In this document: one piece after another, positions 1 through 13,983 of the stretch
Layout: each line of letters starts with the position of its first letter
How positions within the stretch are numbered: position 1 is the first letter of the stretch
Program-made: the position numbers and the translations under genes
Assembly: GCF_004010195.1 (NCBI RefSeq)
Contig: NC_057755.1
Location: 8,011,466 to 8,075,465, forward strand
Direction of reading: 5' to 3'
Length of the DNA stretch: 64,000 nt
Source of the DNA: Chiloscyllium plagiosum
Taxonomy: Eukaryota
Notes under the pieces: model-generated
Databases searched by the model: none
Told to the model about the DNA's origin: nothing
What the model saw: only the letters and a program-made list of their open reading frames with translations

Positions 1-310
1 CAGATACATAAATTGGGGCATTATGGTATGGTGAAGGTGCCACAGATACATAAATTGGGGCATTATGGTATGGTGAAGGTGCCACAGATACATAAATTGG
101 GGCATTATGGTATGGTGAAGGTGCCACAGATACATAAATTGGGGCATTATGGTATGGTGAAGGTGCCACAGATACATAAATTGGGGCATTATGGTATGGT
201 GAAGGTGCCACAGATACATAAATTGGGGCATTATGGTATGGTGAAGGTGCCACAGATACATAAATTGGGGCATTATGGTATGGTGAAGGTGCCACAGATA
301 TATAAATTGG
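1..310. repeat. Perfect 42-bp tandem repeat (7 full units plus a partial unit; truncated by the window start)
   Basis: Unit CAGATACATAAATTGGGGCATTATGGTATGGTGAAGGTGCCA repeats without mismatch to 294; the last partial unit has one C>T change. Confidence 0.95.
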
Positions 311-681
311 TGCTGTTGCTTTGCATTTGGGTCAATGGAGTCAGTCCTAGTCACCAAGTCACAGAGCAGGTCCAGTGGTGCCGGAGGCAGTGTCTCTATT
401 ATGAGGAATGACTGGTAAACATGCTTTGCACTCTTACAACGGGGAAGGTAAACCAGAAACATCACACAATCATGGGAGTAGGATAGTTAAAGCTCGTATA
501 AAGGTAACTTTACTTCAACTTGCACTTATTTAGTCATTTTAACGTCATAAACCATCTCAAACTGCTTCACAAAAGAAATGTTACAAAGTAAAGCTTTACT
601 TTGGCAGCTGAAACGATGGCCACCAACAATGTTAAACAAGTGTGTCAGGCTTGGTACTTGCTTTAAACTGAGCTCAACACT

Positions 682-961
682 ATCTCTGGCAGGGATTAAT
701 TTAAAGTCATAGCTTTAAATTAAGGGGGGGTAGATATAGGACTGATGTTAGGGGTAGGTTCTTCACTCAGCGAGTCGTTAGTTCATGGAATGCCCTGCCA
801 GTAACAGTGGTGGACTCTCCCTCTTTATGGGCATTTAAGAGGGCATTGGATAGGTATATGGAGGATAGTGGGTTAGTGTAGTTTAGGTGGGCTTGGATCG
901 GCGCAACATCGAGGGCCCAAGGGCCTGTACTGCGCTGTATTCTTCTATGTTCTATGTTCTA
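682..961 (+). mobile_element. 3' end of a young CR1-like LINE
   Basis: Near-identical to 13670-13935; ends in a (TTCTATG)n tail. Confidence 0.8.
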
Positions 962-1099
962 TAAATTGGCTGATGAAATGCGGTGGGGACCAAATATACA
1001 AAGGTACACGTCCTATCGAAAGGAAAGGCAGGTGGACAGAAAGAATCACGTTGCTTTGTCAATAAGAAATGAAATTAAGTCAACAGCAAGAAGCGATAT

Positions 1100-4000
1100 T
1101 GTATAAGAAGGTGCAGTATATGTCTGGATAGCGTTGACGAACTGCAAAGGGGATAAATAAACCGATAAGATTTGTGTACAGGACTTCCAGCAATCGTCAG
1201 AATGTCAGGCAGAAAGCAAATCAGAAGATAGAAAAGGCGTGTAGGAAATGCACCATGAGAGGAACCATCGGGCACCTCAATATTCAGATGGACTGGGAAA
1301 TCAAGTTGGCCACAGATCTCCCCCACAGACTTTTTTTCTGTGGATCAGCTGTATTAGAGCCCCAGAGGGAACAGACAGTTCTAGATCTGGTGATGTGTCA
1401 TGAAGATGAATTGAGTAGGGGGGGTTACGGTGAAGTAACCGCAGGGGTCAGTGAACATATTATAGTCAAATTCAGCTCACGGTTGGAAAAGTAGAACTGG
1501 ATTCAGATGTAACAACTGACAAAGCTAACTACAGTGACGCGAAGAAGTAGCTGGCCAGAGCTGATTGGAAGGAGAACTCAGCAATGTAGGTAGTGAAGCA
1601 GCAAAGGCAGGAGTTCCTGTTAGGAATTCGGCAGACAGCAGAAATTCATCCCAATGACGAAAAAACATACAAGGAAAGGATGTGGAAACCATGGCTGACA
1701 TGGAAATTCATGGGCAGCATAAAACCTAAACAAAGTTACATATTATGTGGAAGATTTGTGGCAAGCCAGAGGAATGGAAAACCTTTAATAACTGGCAAAG
1801 GATAAATAAAACGTCAATAAAGGGGAAGAACAGGCAATATGAGTGTAAGCTAGGTAGTACATAAATGAGGATTCTGAAAGCGTTTTGGATATACAGAAGG
1901 TAAGAGAGAGTCAAAAGGATATGTTGGACCACTGGTAAATGAGATTGGAGAAATTATAATGGAGAACAAAGAAATTTCGGGGGAAGTGAATGGTCACTTT
2001 GCAGCAATTTTCATAGTGTAAACAGCAGCAGCATACTAAAGTTCCAAGAGAGTCCGGGACAGACGTGAGTATGGTTACCATCAGGAAGAGAAAGATACTG
2101 GAAATGCCGAAATGTCCAATAATGATTATTCACCAACATCTTTCCATCTATGTCACACAGTTCTGAACGAGTTAGCCGAGGAGGTTGTAGATATGTTGGC
2201 AGTGATCTTTCAAGAATCACTGCAGACAGGAAGTGTTTCAGAGGACTGGAAAATGGCTCATGAATCACCCCTGCTTAAGAAGGGTGACAAGAGAATACAG
2301 GAAAGTATCGACAAGGTCCCCATTTCTCAGGCGTTGCTAAGATGTTCAAATCAATTATGAAGGATGAGATTGCAGACTACTTGGAAATACATGGTAAAGA
2401 AGGACTGAGATGGAACGGCTTCATCAAAGGGATGTCAAGCCTGACAAATCTGTTAGCATGCTAAGAGGATGCAATGAGGACGTTAGACAAAGGAGAGACA
2501 GTTGTCGAGATCTATCTGGAATTCTGGAAAACATTTTAGCATGTTTCTGCATAGGGATGCTACTAAACAAGATGAGAATCCATGTTATTATGGCCAAGAA
2601 TCTGGCATGGATTGAGGATTGGCTGACTAACAGAACGCAGAGAGTGGGGATAAAGGGGTCTTCTTCAGGGTGACGGCTGGTGACTCGTGGCGTTGAAATA
2701 GCTGAGTATTGGGACAACAACTATTCAAATTATGCATTAATAATCTGCTCAAAGGAAATGATGGCACTGTGCCTGGGTTTGCTGGAAAGGTAAAGACAGG
2801 TGGAGGGATAGGTAATGAGGAAGCAGTGATGCCGTAGAAGGGGCAGCTGCCCAGAGAGAAGTTTTGAACAAATTAGATAATGAGAGCCCAGAGACAGTGC
2901 ATTAGTGTCAGCATAAATGGTAAGAATGGTAGCTGTAGGAAATCCTGGATGACCAGAGAAATTGAATCTCAGGTCAAAAAAAGAGGAAGCGTACATGAGG
3001 TATAGAAACAACGCTTCTACTGAATCTCTTGAAGAGTATAAGGACAGTTGCAGTACACTCAAGAGGAAAATCAGGAGGACAAAAATGGGACATACGATAA
3101 CTTTGTCTGATCGGGTTAAGAAGAATCCACAGTGATTCTACAAAGACATTAAGGAGCTAAGAATAACTCGGGAGAGAAAAGGGCCCCTAAAAGATCAACA
3201 AGACCACTTGCATGAGGAAGATGGGGAGATACTAAATGAATATTTCGCGTCAGTATTTATTGTGCAGGAGAATAGGGAAGATAGAAACCATGGAGAAATA
3301 AATAATGACATCTTGAAATGTGTCCTTTTTACAGAGGACGAATTGAGATGAGGAAACTCGTGAAATTGACATTGATACCGTGTGGTTTTCAAATGTATAA
3401 AGGTGAATAAATCCTCGGCACATGATCAGGTTTGCACCAGAACGTTATGTGGAGCGAGGGAAGAGATTACTGGGGTTCTTCCTGAGATATTTGGATCCTC
3501 AATGGCCACGATTGAGGTGCTGGAAGACTGGAGAGTGGTTTAATGTGGTCCATTATTTCAGAAAGATGACAAAGATAAACCAGGAAACGAGAGATCAGTG
3601 AGCCTGGCGTTAGGGATGAGTAAGCTTTGGAGGGTGGTAAACCTCCAAGGAGGCAGGTATCCATTCACCAAGTCACCTTTTATTTAAACGTTTACAATAC
3701 ATCGACTCTGACCAGCTCGAATGAGGAGACTGAATGATACTGTTGTTTATGTCTGTCAACTAGGGCTCTGAGTTTACCTCAGATTAACAGCCCAAATCAG
3801 GCATTTCATCCTCGATGAGATCCACCGAACCTTCGTGGCAATTACTACAGAGAGGATTCTGAGGGAGTAGATGTACAAGCATTTGGAAGCACAAGGACTG
3901 ATTAGGAGTTTCATTGTTAAATTGTGTTTCACTGACTTGACTGAGTTTTTGAAAGAAGTAAAAAGGAAAGAGGACTGATGAAGGCAGAGTCACGGACGCT

Positions 4001-4790
4001 GTCTGCAGGAAGTTCAGCAAACTATTGAACAAGCGGAGAGATGCAAGGATTGGTTCAATTTGCATTGCGATATGTGATTTATATCAATTGTGTAGATGCG
4101 AGTGCATTCGGGACAATTGTAACTTTGCAGATGACATCAAAATTGATGGTGCAATGGACATTCAAGAAGGTAACCTATGTGTAACCTATGTATGAAGTGC
4201 ACCTATGCTTATCAGACGGGCCGGTGGGCCCAGGAGTGACATATGGAGTTTAATACAGATACATGTGAGATGTACAATTTAACAGGGGAAAATAGGGCAG
4301 GAATTACACACGTAATGTTCGTGTCCTGAGGAGTTTTGGTCAAGCAAAAGGCCTTGGGGTGAAACTTGACAATTCCTTGGAAGTGGAGTCGAAGGTAGAC
4401 AGAGCAGAGAAGACGACATTTGGTACAATCGTCTTTATTGATAAATGCATCAAATGGAGGATTTGAGATACTATGTTCAGGTCGTACTGGAGAATGGTTA
4501 GGCAACTTTTGAAATGCTGCATTTCACTGTGGTACCCCTGCTGTACGAAGCATGTTGTTAAACTTAAAAGGATACAGAAAAGATTTACAAGAACGTTCCC
4601 AGTTGTTATAATGTTTGAGTTACTGGGAGAGGTTGAATAGGCTGGGGTGATTTTCCCTAGAGCTTCGCAGGCTGAGGTTTATACAGATAATAAAATCACA
4701 AGGGTTTGAACGTGATGAATAGGAAGATCTTTCCTCTGAGGAGCAGAGTCCAAACCTTGAAGGTGCAGGTTGACCGTTAATTGGAAATAC
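1100..4790 (+). mobile_element. Decayed composite of CR1 LINE ORF2 (endonuclease/RT) fragments
   Basis: Remnant peptides LDLVMCHE, IFQESLQTGSVSEDWKMA, LAWIEDWLTNRTQRVGIKGS; many stops and frameshifts. Confidence 0.85.
3634..3849. mobile_element. Probable solo LTR nested in CR1
   Basis: TG...CA-bounded ~215-bp segment that interrupts the CR1 sequence; TTTATT poly(A)-like motif; homolog at the same CR1 position near 55683-55905. Confidence 0.55.
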
Positions 4791-6208
4791 ATGTTCCTCT
4801 GCCTGAATTAATGATTTATTAATTGGCATACGTATTTCCAGCGAAACCATGAAAAAATGTTGTGTGGCTCTAATCTGGCACCATTTAATGAGACAAGAAG
4901 AATAAAAGCAAGTCCATAAATAGAGTTCATCTCCGGTCAGAGTCAATAGATGCTCAGTCCTTCGGCTGTGCAGACAGCCATCAGGAGTCCCTGGTTTAGG
5001 CACTGACACTGTCACAGTTGATGACCCGTTGATGCCACCATGGATTCATGATCTGGGCCAGTGCAGCCAGGAGCGCACACTCTGCCATCGTTGCAGCAGA
5101 TACCCGCTGCCATTTCAGTAACCTTGGTCCGTGTCAACTACAGCCCGCAGTCCCGCCTTGGACTTGCGGAGTCAGCAGTCTCCCTTCTGCGCCAACGCAG
5201 CAAGAGATCATGCTCAAAGCCAATGAAATCAAGGAACAGTGCAGCACAGTACAGACCCTTGGGCCCTCAATGTTGTGCCAAACGTTTGTGCTACTCTCAA
5301 ATAAAGCTAACCGACCGACCTTTCATTGTACTGTCTTCCATGTGTCTAACTAAGAGTGGTTTAAATGTTTGGCCATGATACAATTCTTCAGAGGCCGCAA
5401 CCCATCACCAATGAAACATTAACAAATGTGTAGCCTTTTACAGCATCTTCCAGCTCAGTCAGGCATCAAGCACCTCAATATCCCTGGCATGCATGCCTAT
5501 CATGTCAGCCAGGTCTCCCTAATGGAGCCCAGAACAACAGGCCCAATCATGGAACTTTGAGAACCAGCTGACTGACCGCATTAGAATCTCTATAGGTTGA
5601 AAAGGTGATGCGTTCCTGAAATTAGAATGTTACAGTTTCGACAAGAGATTGAAGAAGCTGATCCCCACCCACATTCATTAGGTGGCTGAAAGTGTGGATG
5701 TAAACATTCTTTCCAGGGAGAAAGGCTTTGGACATGTCGATTATTGGTGAAGTTTCTGAGCTGGTACCATCTCTGGGCATTCGAAATATGGGTTTCCTCT
5801 TTAGTGAACGAGACTTGTTACGATTGTGCCTCGTGGAAATTGTCTTAAGTACATTCAATGAGTTGCCATTCACTGCCTTCTCCAGAAACAAGTTCCATAG
5901 TTCACCAAGCTCTGGCTGAACATTTTCTTTTCACCTCAGCTCTGGAGGATCGCAACTTTACTCTGAGACTGTGATGTTGCATTTTAGTCTTTCGTGCCAA
6001 TGGCAACTTCATTATTTCCACGCTAAGCAGGTCTCATAATAATTTCTAAAGATTCTGATGGCATTTCCAAATAACTCCAGGAAGCACTTTTAAACCAATA
6101 CCCTGAGGAAAACGACACCAATACGTGCCATTCGCAGCCTTTGAGTCTGGCAATCCTAACCCAACTCAGAACTAGAGAACAAACCCCACAAAGTGCCACA
6201 ATCTTTTA

Positions 6209-6886
6209 TGTAGCAGAACCTCTCAAAACGTTTCAAGAAGATAGCGGAAAACCAAACTTTTCCTATTGTTTTAAGTGGGTGTACAGTGGATATTCCAGGA
6301 GTGGTTCAACTGGTCCAATTATTCTGTTTTAAATAAAACAGAATTTATTTATACACAAACAAAGAGAACCGAATGTAGAATAACGTATGTGAAAATCCCG
6401 ATGAAGGGCTTTTGCCCGAAACGTCGATTTTACTGCTCCTCGGACGCTGCCTGAACTGCTGTACTCTTCTAGCACCACTAATCCAGACTATGTGAAAATC
6501 AATTGACTCTATCACAACTGAATGATGCTGTTTGAAATACTTGCAACATATCCATAGACACCCGCTTGGCTAAAGCAAACACAGATCTTATACAGATGTC
6601 AAAGAGAGAGTCAGGCAGAAAACCGCTGTTGAATCCAGGAAGCTATTCCACACAGCAATTTTCTTTTACTAGCAACTCAAAAATTGACTACTTCCTAAAA
6701 CCAAACCAAATCAAACCTTGAACTGGGAGCATTAACCACTCGCCTTTCATTACGAAATTGTTTTGAAAGAAAGGCTTAAGAGCATTCTCAAGTATATACT
6801 TCCAGAAATATCGGAACCTCAGACTTTATGACCCCCTTTGAATAAAAAGAAAAACATAACATTGTTAAAGGAGCAGCATGGTTACA
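6209..6886 (-). mobile_element. LTR of a Ty3/gypsy element, with a leader fragment at ~6060-6208
   Basis: TGTAGC...GTTACA termini; homologous to 56838-57395; the adjacent 6060-6160 matches 59940-60020, which lies upstream of gypsy gag. Confidence 0.65.
6398..6488 (+). mobile_element. Short Penelope-derived insertion with hammerhead motif (family A)
   Basis: Flanked by 12-bp TSD TATGTGAAAATC (6386-6397 and 6489-6500); CCGATGA-AGGGC-TTTT-GCCC-GAAACGTC. Confidence 0.8.
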
Positions 6887-8124
6887 CGCCATAATCTGAC
6901 TCCATTTTAAGATGCAAGAGCAACAAAAGAAAGTGCTTACAAGGAGTTCATCTTCATTCATCAGGGTCTATGGAGTCCCTTCTCTACGCCTCCTGTAGCA
7001 AGGAGTCCCTCACCAGGGACTGACTCTGCCAAATTTGATGACCCACTGATGCCACCATGAGCCTACACGCCAGGCCTACCTCAGCTAGGAGTCCCTGCTA
7101 CCAGCTGACTGCAGTCAAGATTTCATGCTCCAGGCTAAAAAAGCCAGAAGTCCCTGCCGACATTGCTCTGGCCCCCCTTTGATATCAAGAAGATGAACGA
7201 AAGAAAATTAAAACAAAAGACAAAAAGGAGGGACAGAAAAAGAATGCGGCCCAACTCAGCTTAAACATTACCTGCTCCTTGCTTTCTGGAAGTCCCCGGA
7301 CTGAGGCGGAGCCATGTCTGGCTCATCCCGATGGTGCAAGCAGTAGTTTCTGCTTAGTTTCCTTGTGTACTGCCTATCATTGAGTATTCCCCTGTCTTGT
7401 TCAGTTAGCTAGTTCTTTGTACTGAAGTGATAATTCTGCTTTCAGGCTTCATTGGATGAGACATATTGATATTTGGAATTATAGCAGGCGCCCAGTAATA
7501 AACCATTGATAGAAATTTACACACCATGATCTGCTGTTAGGTTTCACTCGTCCGTCCTCAGGAGAGGGAGTTTCAGGATCAGGCAGAAACAGAACCACTC
7601 CCTGACAAACTCTTATATTCTCCCACACATACAGCAATACAATCACATGAAGAGACATTACACATCAACATTCAAAACATTACAGGAACATTTCTGTGCA
7701 CACACATGATCGCACTCAAACGTATTGACAGAACAGCACACACAATTCGATGCAGACTCATAAACAAACAAACGCACAGATCCTGCTGGAGGCACAAAAA
7801 TCTTGACACATGGACAGGCAGGTAGACACAATCTGAACAACATACTCACCTGCGTGAACAGGAGCACAGCGAGGCAGACTGTGGCCTCCCACAACAATAC
7901 ACCGAGACTCAGAGACAGGTAGACATGGAGTCACAGAAAGATCATGAGATGCTGACAGTAACATACACACGGGCATGCGCGTGCACGCATACACTCAGTA
8001 GATGTACATGTTATAGGAATGTAACCACATACAGTCACGCAATGAACATACACACAGACAGAAAAACATTAAAGGCACGTGAGGAAAATACAGACATTCC
8101 CTACCATAAAGCACAGTCATGACT

Positions 8125-8322
8125 TAGAAATGCCGGTGTTAGATTGGGATGGACAAAGTTAAAAATCACTCAACAGCAGGTCATAGTCCAACAGGTTTAT
8201 TTGGAAGCACTAGCTTTCAGAGAGCTGTTCCTTCCAACAGGTGATGAAGGAGTGGCGCTCTGAACGCTAGTGTTTCCAAATAAACGTGTTAGACTTTGAC
8301 TTGATGTAGTGTGATTTTTTTT
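8125..8322. mobile_element. Inverted pair of Penelope-derived termini (family B), degraded hammerhead motifs
   Basis: Imperfect palindrome centred near 8240; similar to 56218-56361. Confidence 0.7.
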
Positions 8323-8749
8323 AGTATAAAACGCAGTGGCAGGCACATAGATAGAAATACTTACAGTCACAGAAGCACACTGATTCAAGAAAGAAAAAAA
8401 AGAGACACACAGAGGAGTGACATTCCCACAAGGACAATAAAGCCGCCTACACACAGACCCTTGCACCCTGGAAGAGAAAGGCACACAGAAAATTTCCCTC
8501 ACTGACACCGGGCGCAGGGCGGGGAATGGGGAGCGACATAATGAGAGAGCGGGATAGAAACAGTCAAATGGACACAGACCTTTACAGAACTGTAATTAGT
8601 TTTGTGTCAAGGTATTTCTGGTTGTGTCTGTGCATGTTGCGTTTTACAAAATCACTTCCTGCGGTATAATCAGCGACTGAAGGGATGAGGAAGGGATTGA
8701 GCCAATGCATGTGAACATATGCTAAACTGAGTCAAGTTTATCACTTAAT

Positions 8750-8777
8750 CAATGAGAGAAAGAGATGAAGAGAGAGA

Positions 8778-8813
<36 letters not shown>

Positions 8814-9075
8814 GGAGACAGAGAGACAGAGAAACAATTAGACGGAGAGACAAAGAGTGAGAGAGACAGAGAGTGTGACAGAGACAGAGAGAAACTGAGA
8901 GAAATGGGGACAGAGATATATAGAGACAGAAGACAGAGAAAGCCGAAAATAGAGAGAGAAGAGACAGTCAGAATAACAGAAGGAGAGACTGACAGCGAGA
9001 AATTGAAAGATAGGGAGAATGACAGAGATAGAGGCAGTGAAACAGAGTGAAAGGCAGAGATAGAAGGACAGGGAG
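8750..9075. repeat. (GT)n/(GA)n-rich low-complexity tract
   Basis: Direct inspection. Confidence 0.9.
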
Positions 9076-9951
9076 TCACACAATGGCAGATAGAAAGACA
9101 CGGAGGGGGGATGTGTGTAATATCCCAGTATTGTGGGTGTACAGGAGTTGGGCTTCAGAAATTCCTTCAAAAATAAAAAGTCGAGCAGAAAATAATTTCA
9201 AATTTAGATGAGAGGATCACCAGAACACGAAACATTTCTCTTGTTGTATTAAAGTATTTATTGCGGATTGTACAGAGAGAGAGACTGACAATTATCATGG
9301 TGCAGAAGGGACTGTTTTTGCGCCTCCCCCTCCTCCCCTGCGGCAGAAATGCAGAGACCCCACCTGTCTGTCTTTAACACTCCTCAACAGGGCAGTCCAT
9401 GAAGAGCTAATGTTGCAGTTGAACCCATCACTCACAGCCATTCCATCATTTCGAAATACTTCTCCAGCCTCTTTCCATTCTACACTGTCCTTGTCAGCCA
9501 CCTCTTGCCTCCTTACCAGCTGTCCCAATGTGATATCCTTCAGTAATGTTAATGCAGAGAAGGATAAACTATTGTCCAGTCGTGGATAGGGAGGGCTGGG
9601 CTCATCATCTGGCGCAGACATGAATGTGGATTTGACGTTATAATTAGATTAACTGCAATCTTCTGGAATGGCAGAAGGACCAGAATCGAAGGGCTGAATG
9701 TCTAGTACTGCTCGTTGCCTGTGTGTTCCCTTGTGTGACAATCGGTCTGGCAAACAAGGGCAGCAGAGTGTTCCTAAGCATGTTTAATGATGACTGATAT
9801 CACCTCCCATCTTCCCCACTAGGTATTATACTCATATCCAGATGATTGTACTGATGGACTCCTGGCCGTACATTTGCATTTCCAGCACTGGGAATACTAC
9901 GACTGCCTCCCGACTTCTCAGTTAGTTTGCTGAGTCACTAAGAGAACCAAT

Positions 9952-10779
9952 TTACGAGACCAGTTGTTGAACTGTATTCCTGAATTTTGGTCTGAACTTA
10001 GCCAGTGTTACTGCATAAAATAATGTGTTTGTACTGCAGCTGAAATCCCTCAGTAGGCATCCAATTTGTTGATAAGCACCAATAGGTCTTCCATTAATGA
10101 CGAAGTATAAGAAACTTGTACTGTAAAGTAACCACAGAAGTATGAAGCTGACGGATATGGTGAAGAGGGAAATCACTGTCTTCCTTCGGTTCTCCATCTC
10201 TGTATCTTTGTGACTCTCTCCGTTGCTGGGACACTAACATGTGTCTGACTGTCAGAGCGTTCATCAACAGAATTAACACGAATGGGATGAAAGGTGTCAA
10301 AATGTTCTCAAACCAGTTATATCCCTGCCACTTAGGATTAAGTAAAAAACTTAACTTTGTTTGGCAGCCCCATGGAATATTGTGAATTATCTGCCGAGGT
10401 TGAAACCGAAAATAGAAGGGAATGTTTACTGAACAGAACAGAATGCTAATTATCGCTAAAGTCAGAGCCAAAAATTTCTCTGTCCAATATTTTCTCTTCA
10501 GTTTCTGGCAGCAAATGACCACAAAACGATCAAAGGAGAAAGGGACAGTGAACCAGACGGAACAGTCTGTTGTTGCATGAATCAGAACAAAGACAGCACT
10601 GCACACAGGGGTGAGGTCCAGGAAATTCCTTGGGAAGTAATAATTATTGAGTTGTCACAGTATGACATTCACGAGAATGAACAGTAGATCGGAGATTGCC
10701 ATGGCCACCAGGCATCGTGTTGTGCAGTTAGAGAGGCCACACTTTCCACGTGCAAGAACCAAAATCACTACTGAATTAA
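9952..10779 (-). pseudogene. GPR139-like class A GPCR pseudogene, exon 2
   Basis: Acceptor ...TTACAG at 10780. Translation VNSVVILVLARGKCGLS...LVAMAISDLL...TDCSVWFTVPFSFDRFVVICC...LTPFIPFVLILLMNALTVRH...RRKTVISLFTIS...FSCSTNTLFY. In-frame TGA at 10657-10655 and a frameshift/deletion near 10200-10230. Confidence 0.85.
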
Positions 10780-10967
10780 CTGTAATAGATATTATGCAAA
10801 AAGAAAATTGGAAATCGTTGTTAAAACTTTCTCTGCGTCTGTCCAGATAGCAATGATGCTCTAAGTACCGAAATGCGTTAGTTGGGATGGGTATGAGGTA
10901 AAATCTAATAATGACATCTCCCAGCCTGACTCACTTTGAAAATGCCCAGTTCTGGGTTTATAAATAA

Positions 10968-11050
10968 ATGTGTGTGTGTGTGTGTGTGGGGTGGGGGGGG
11001 GGGGGGGGGGTGTGAGGTCGGTGTGTGTGATGGGGTGGGGTGGTGGCTGG
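10968..11050. repeat. (GT)n plus poly-G tract in the GPCR intron
   Basis: Direct inspection; the G-run is about 18 nt. Confidence 0.85.
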
Positions 11051-11889
11051 TGGTGCTTTGCAGTGAATTGAAAGATGACAAGGCACTTAATTTTAAGGTT
11101 AAAAAGCCTGAGTTTGAGAGGATATTTGAAGATAAGGCTTTCACTGGAAAATAGTGGTCTTCTGGAATGCACTGCTTGGGAAGGTATTTGAAGGAGGAAA
11201 CCTAAAAACTTTATCAAGTCTTTGGGTGAGCATTGAGGATCGCACTTCAGGACATCTTCATCTTTCTGGTAGCACCTTTCTTGCCGAAGGTGCTACCAGA
11301 CCAGCTATCTTTCTTCTGTAATTTTTGATTTTCTTTGAGATGTTTCGTTATGGCTGTAAATCTTTGTCTTCACCTGCTTTTGAATTTTAACGCTGATGTG
11401 TTAAGGTTCACAAATTCATAGAAGGTCTAGTCCATTCAGCCATTTGAACTTGCACTGTGGTGGCAGAATCTCAACAGCCATGCTTGCTTTCTGTCCAGTC
11501 GCCTTAGTCTCCATAAGGTCATAAATCTCACCTGTCTCACACCCCTGAAAACAAACTCAGAGATTGAGGAAGAGAGATGAAATGTTGAAGATTGAAAGCA
11601 TTGTCTCTTCCTCCAACACATGACCATCAGGATCTGAATCAATCTGCGAATTTTGAAACTGGAGTCCCATTCCAAGACTCGGTTTCACCGACTTTCAGTT
11701 GCCTGCCCTCTAACCATACGCTATCCATACTCTTGCATTAGCTCTCTTGTCAGGAGATCACCTTCTCGTTCGCAATATCGAACATAGCACTTTCCCAATG
11801 GATTCTGGAAATACGCAGTCTGCATGCACATTCTATGTTAAAAACAGCAGTTGCAAGTCCACATAGGACTACCCCTAATACTATCGACA

Positions 11890-12790
11890 TGTAGAGTCAT
11901 ACAGCACGGCAAAAGAACCTTCTGTGCAACTCATCCATGCCAAACATATACCCTACATGTTCAAGTCCCATGTGGCAACATTTGATCCATATCCTATTCA
12001 TGTACCCGCATAGATGCGTGTTCACTCACTGTTTTAATTGTTCCAGCCTCCACTGTTTCCTCTGGCAGCTAATTACACAAATGCATCACCCTCTGCGTGG
12101 TAGTGGAACCCCTCAGTTTACTTTTAAATCTTTCTCCTCTCAAATTAAATCTATGTGCTGGAGGGTTGGTCTCTTCTACGATGTGGGAAATAGAACATCA
12201 GCTAGTCTTCAACAATTCATGGATCTCTGTAAGGTTACCTCTCAACCTCTAATGGAACCAACCAAAAAAGCTCCAGCTTATTCAATCTCTCCCTTAAGTT
12301 CAAACCCTTCAATCCTGGTAACAGCCTTGTCAATCATTTCTGAACTTTTACAACTTAACACCATATTTACGATAACAGGCAGATCAGATTTGAATGCAGC
12401 ATTCAACAATTACTTCACTAACGACGGCCCAATTCCTATACTCAATGCACTGTGAATGAAGGTAAACATACTGACTACCTTCTACACCATTCTGTCTGCC
12501 TGCAACTCATCTCTCTCTATTCGACAAAACTCCCCAGGGCCATTAAATGAATAAATCCTATCTTGCTTTGCACGACCAAAATGCAACATCCTATATTTAT
12601 GTGAATTAAATTCCATCTGCGTATATGATGTCCAATGCTCAACTGATCAAAGTGCTGCTGTCCTCTGATGTAATCTTTTGCACTATGCACTTCCTCGCGT
12701 ATTCTGCAGTCATCTGCAAATTTTCAAAACATCGTTGCTATATTGGCATTCATATTATTGATATACATGATGAACAGGTAGTGGAACCAA
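11890..12790 (-). mobile_element. Decayed CR1 LINE 3' portion
   Basis: Reverse-strand similarity to the RT C-terminus and 3' UTR of other CR1 copies in the window. Confidence 0.7.
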
Positions 12791-13404
12791 CAATTGCGGC
12801 ATAATGCTTTTAGAAAAGTTCAAAAACAACAGTTGAATGGTGGTGTGCATTCAATTCAAAATCTCTAAAGTTTTGAAATGTCTCAGCAGAGTGTAAAACT
12901 GCCTCCATTTGGAAAGGACAACATGCAATACATGACAATGCAGAAACATGTATTTAGAAACTAGGTCAGACGATTGCTCTGCTCGCCGATAAGATACAGA
13001 TGACTGGTGGTAGTGCAATCTGAATATCTTGTACTTCAGGCAATGACAGAGAAAGAGAATCCTTCAATTGTAATCTCAGCTGGTGCAAGAATTGGATGTA
13101 CACTGTTGGCATCATGCTGCATTACAAAGTCGCTTTCCAGCCAATTGAGCTAACCGATCCCAAAACGCCCCAGTCCATATTTAAATGAAAATAATAGCCA
13201 CAGTGTCAAGTGTGCAGCACTGCAATTTGGTCGGAATGATCATTTTCAAAGATTCCTTTGAAAGAAAGAATCCAAATGCGATCAGTGCGCTGAGGACCTC
13301 TGTGTAACAGATTAACAAGTATGTAAAACACGTTTAACAGGGCAACAAAAAATACCATTGCCAATTTAGGACAGTTAATTGGAATATAACGAGTTAATAT
13401 AACG

Positions 13405-13936
13405 GCCGCATCTGGAGTATTGTGTGCAGTTTTGGTCGCCATACTATCGGAAGGATGTGGAGGCACTGGAACGGATGCAGAGGAGGTTTACCAGGATGTT
13501 GCCTGGTATGGTAGGAAGATCGTATGAGGAAAGGCTGAGGCACTTGGGGTTGTTTTCATTGGAGAAAAGAAGGTTTAGGGGTGACTTGATAGAGGTGCAC
13601 AGGATGATTAGGGGTATAGATAGGGTTGACCGTGAGAACCTTTTTCCACGTATGGAGTCAGCTATTACGAGGGGGAATAGCTTTAAATTTAAGGGTGGTA
13701 GGTATAGGACAGATGTTAGGGGTATGTTCTTTACTCAGCGAGTCGTGAATTCATGGAATGCCCTGTCAGTAGCAGTGGTGGACTCTCCCTCTTTATGGGC
13801 ATTTAAGCGGGCATTGGATAGGCATATGGAGGATAGTGGGCTAGTGTAGGTAAGGTGGGCTTGGATCGGCGCAACATCGAGGGCCAAATGGCCTGTACTG
13901 CGCTGTATTCTTCTATGTTCTATGTTCTATGTTCTA
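13405..13936 (+). mobile_element. 5'-truncated young CR1 LINE
   Basis: Open ORF2 C-terminus QFWSPYYRKDVEALERMQRRFTRMLPG...FFTQRVVNSWNAL; (TTCTATG)n tail. Confidence 0.92.
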
Positions 13937-13983
13937 ATATCCATCTACGATGGAACCATTGTGGGAGCACACTTAGTTTACTC

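Noticed and set aside
13..411. 132-aa repeat protein ORF
   Set aside because: Arises from the 42-bp tandem repeat; no splice or domain support.
9295..9621. 108-aa ORF downstream of the GPCR, considered as an Ig constant exon
   Set aside because: Lacks the Cys/Trp spacing of an Ig domain; not recognisable.
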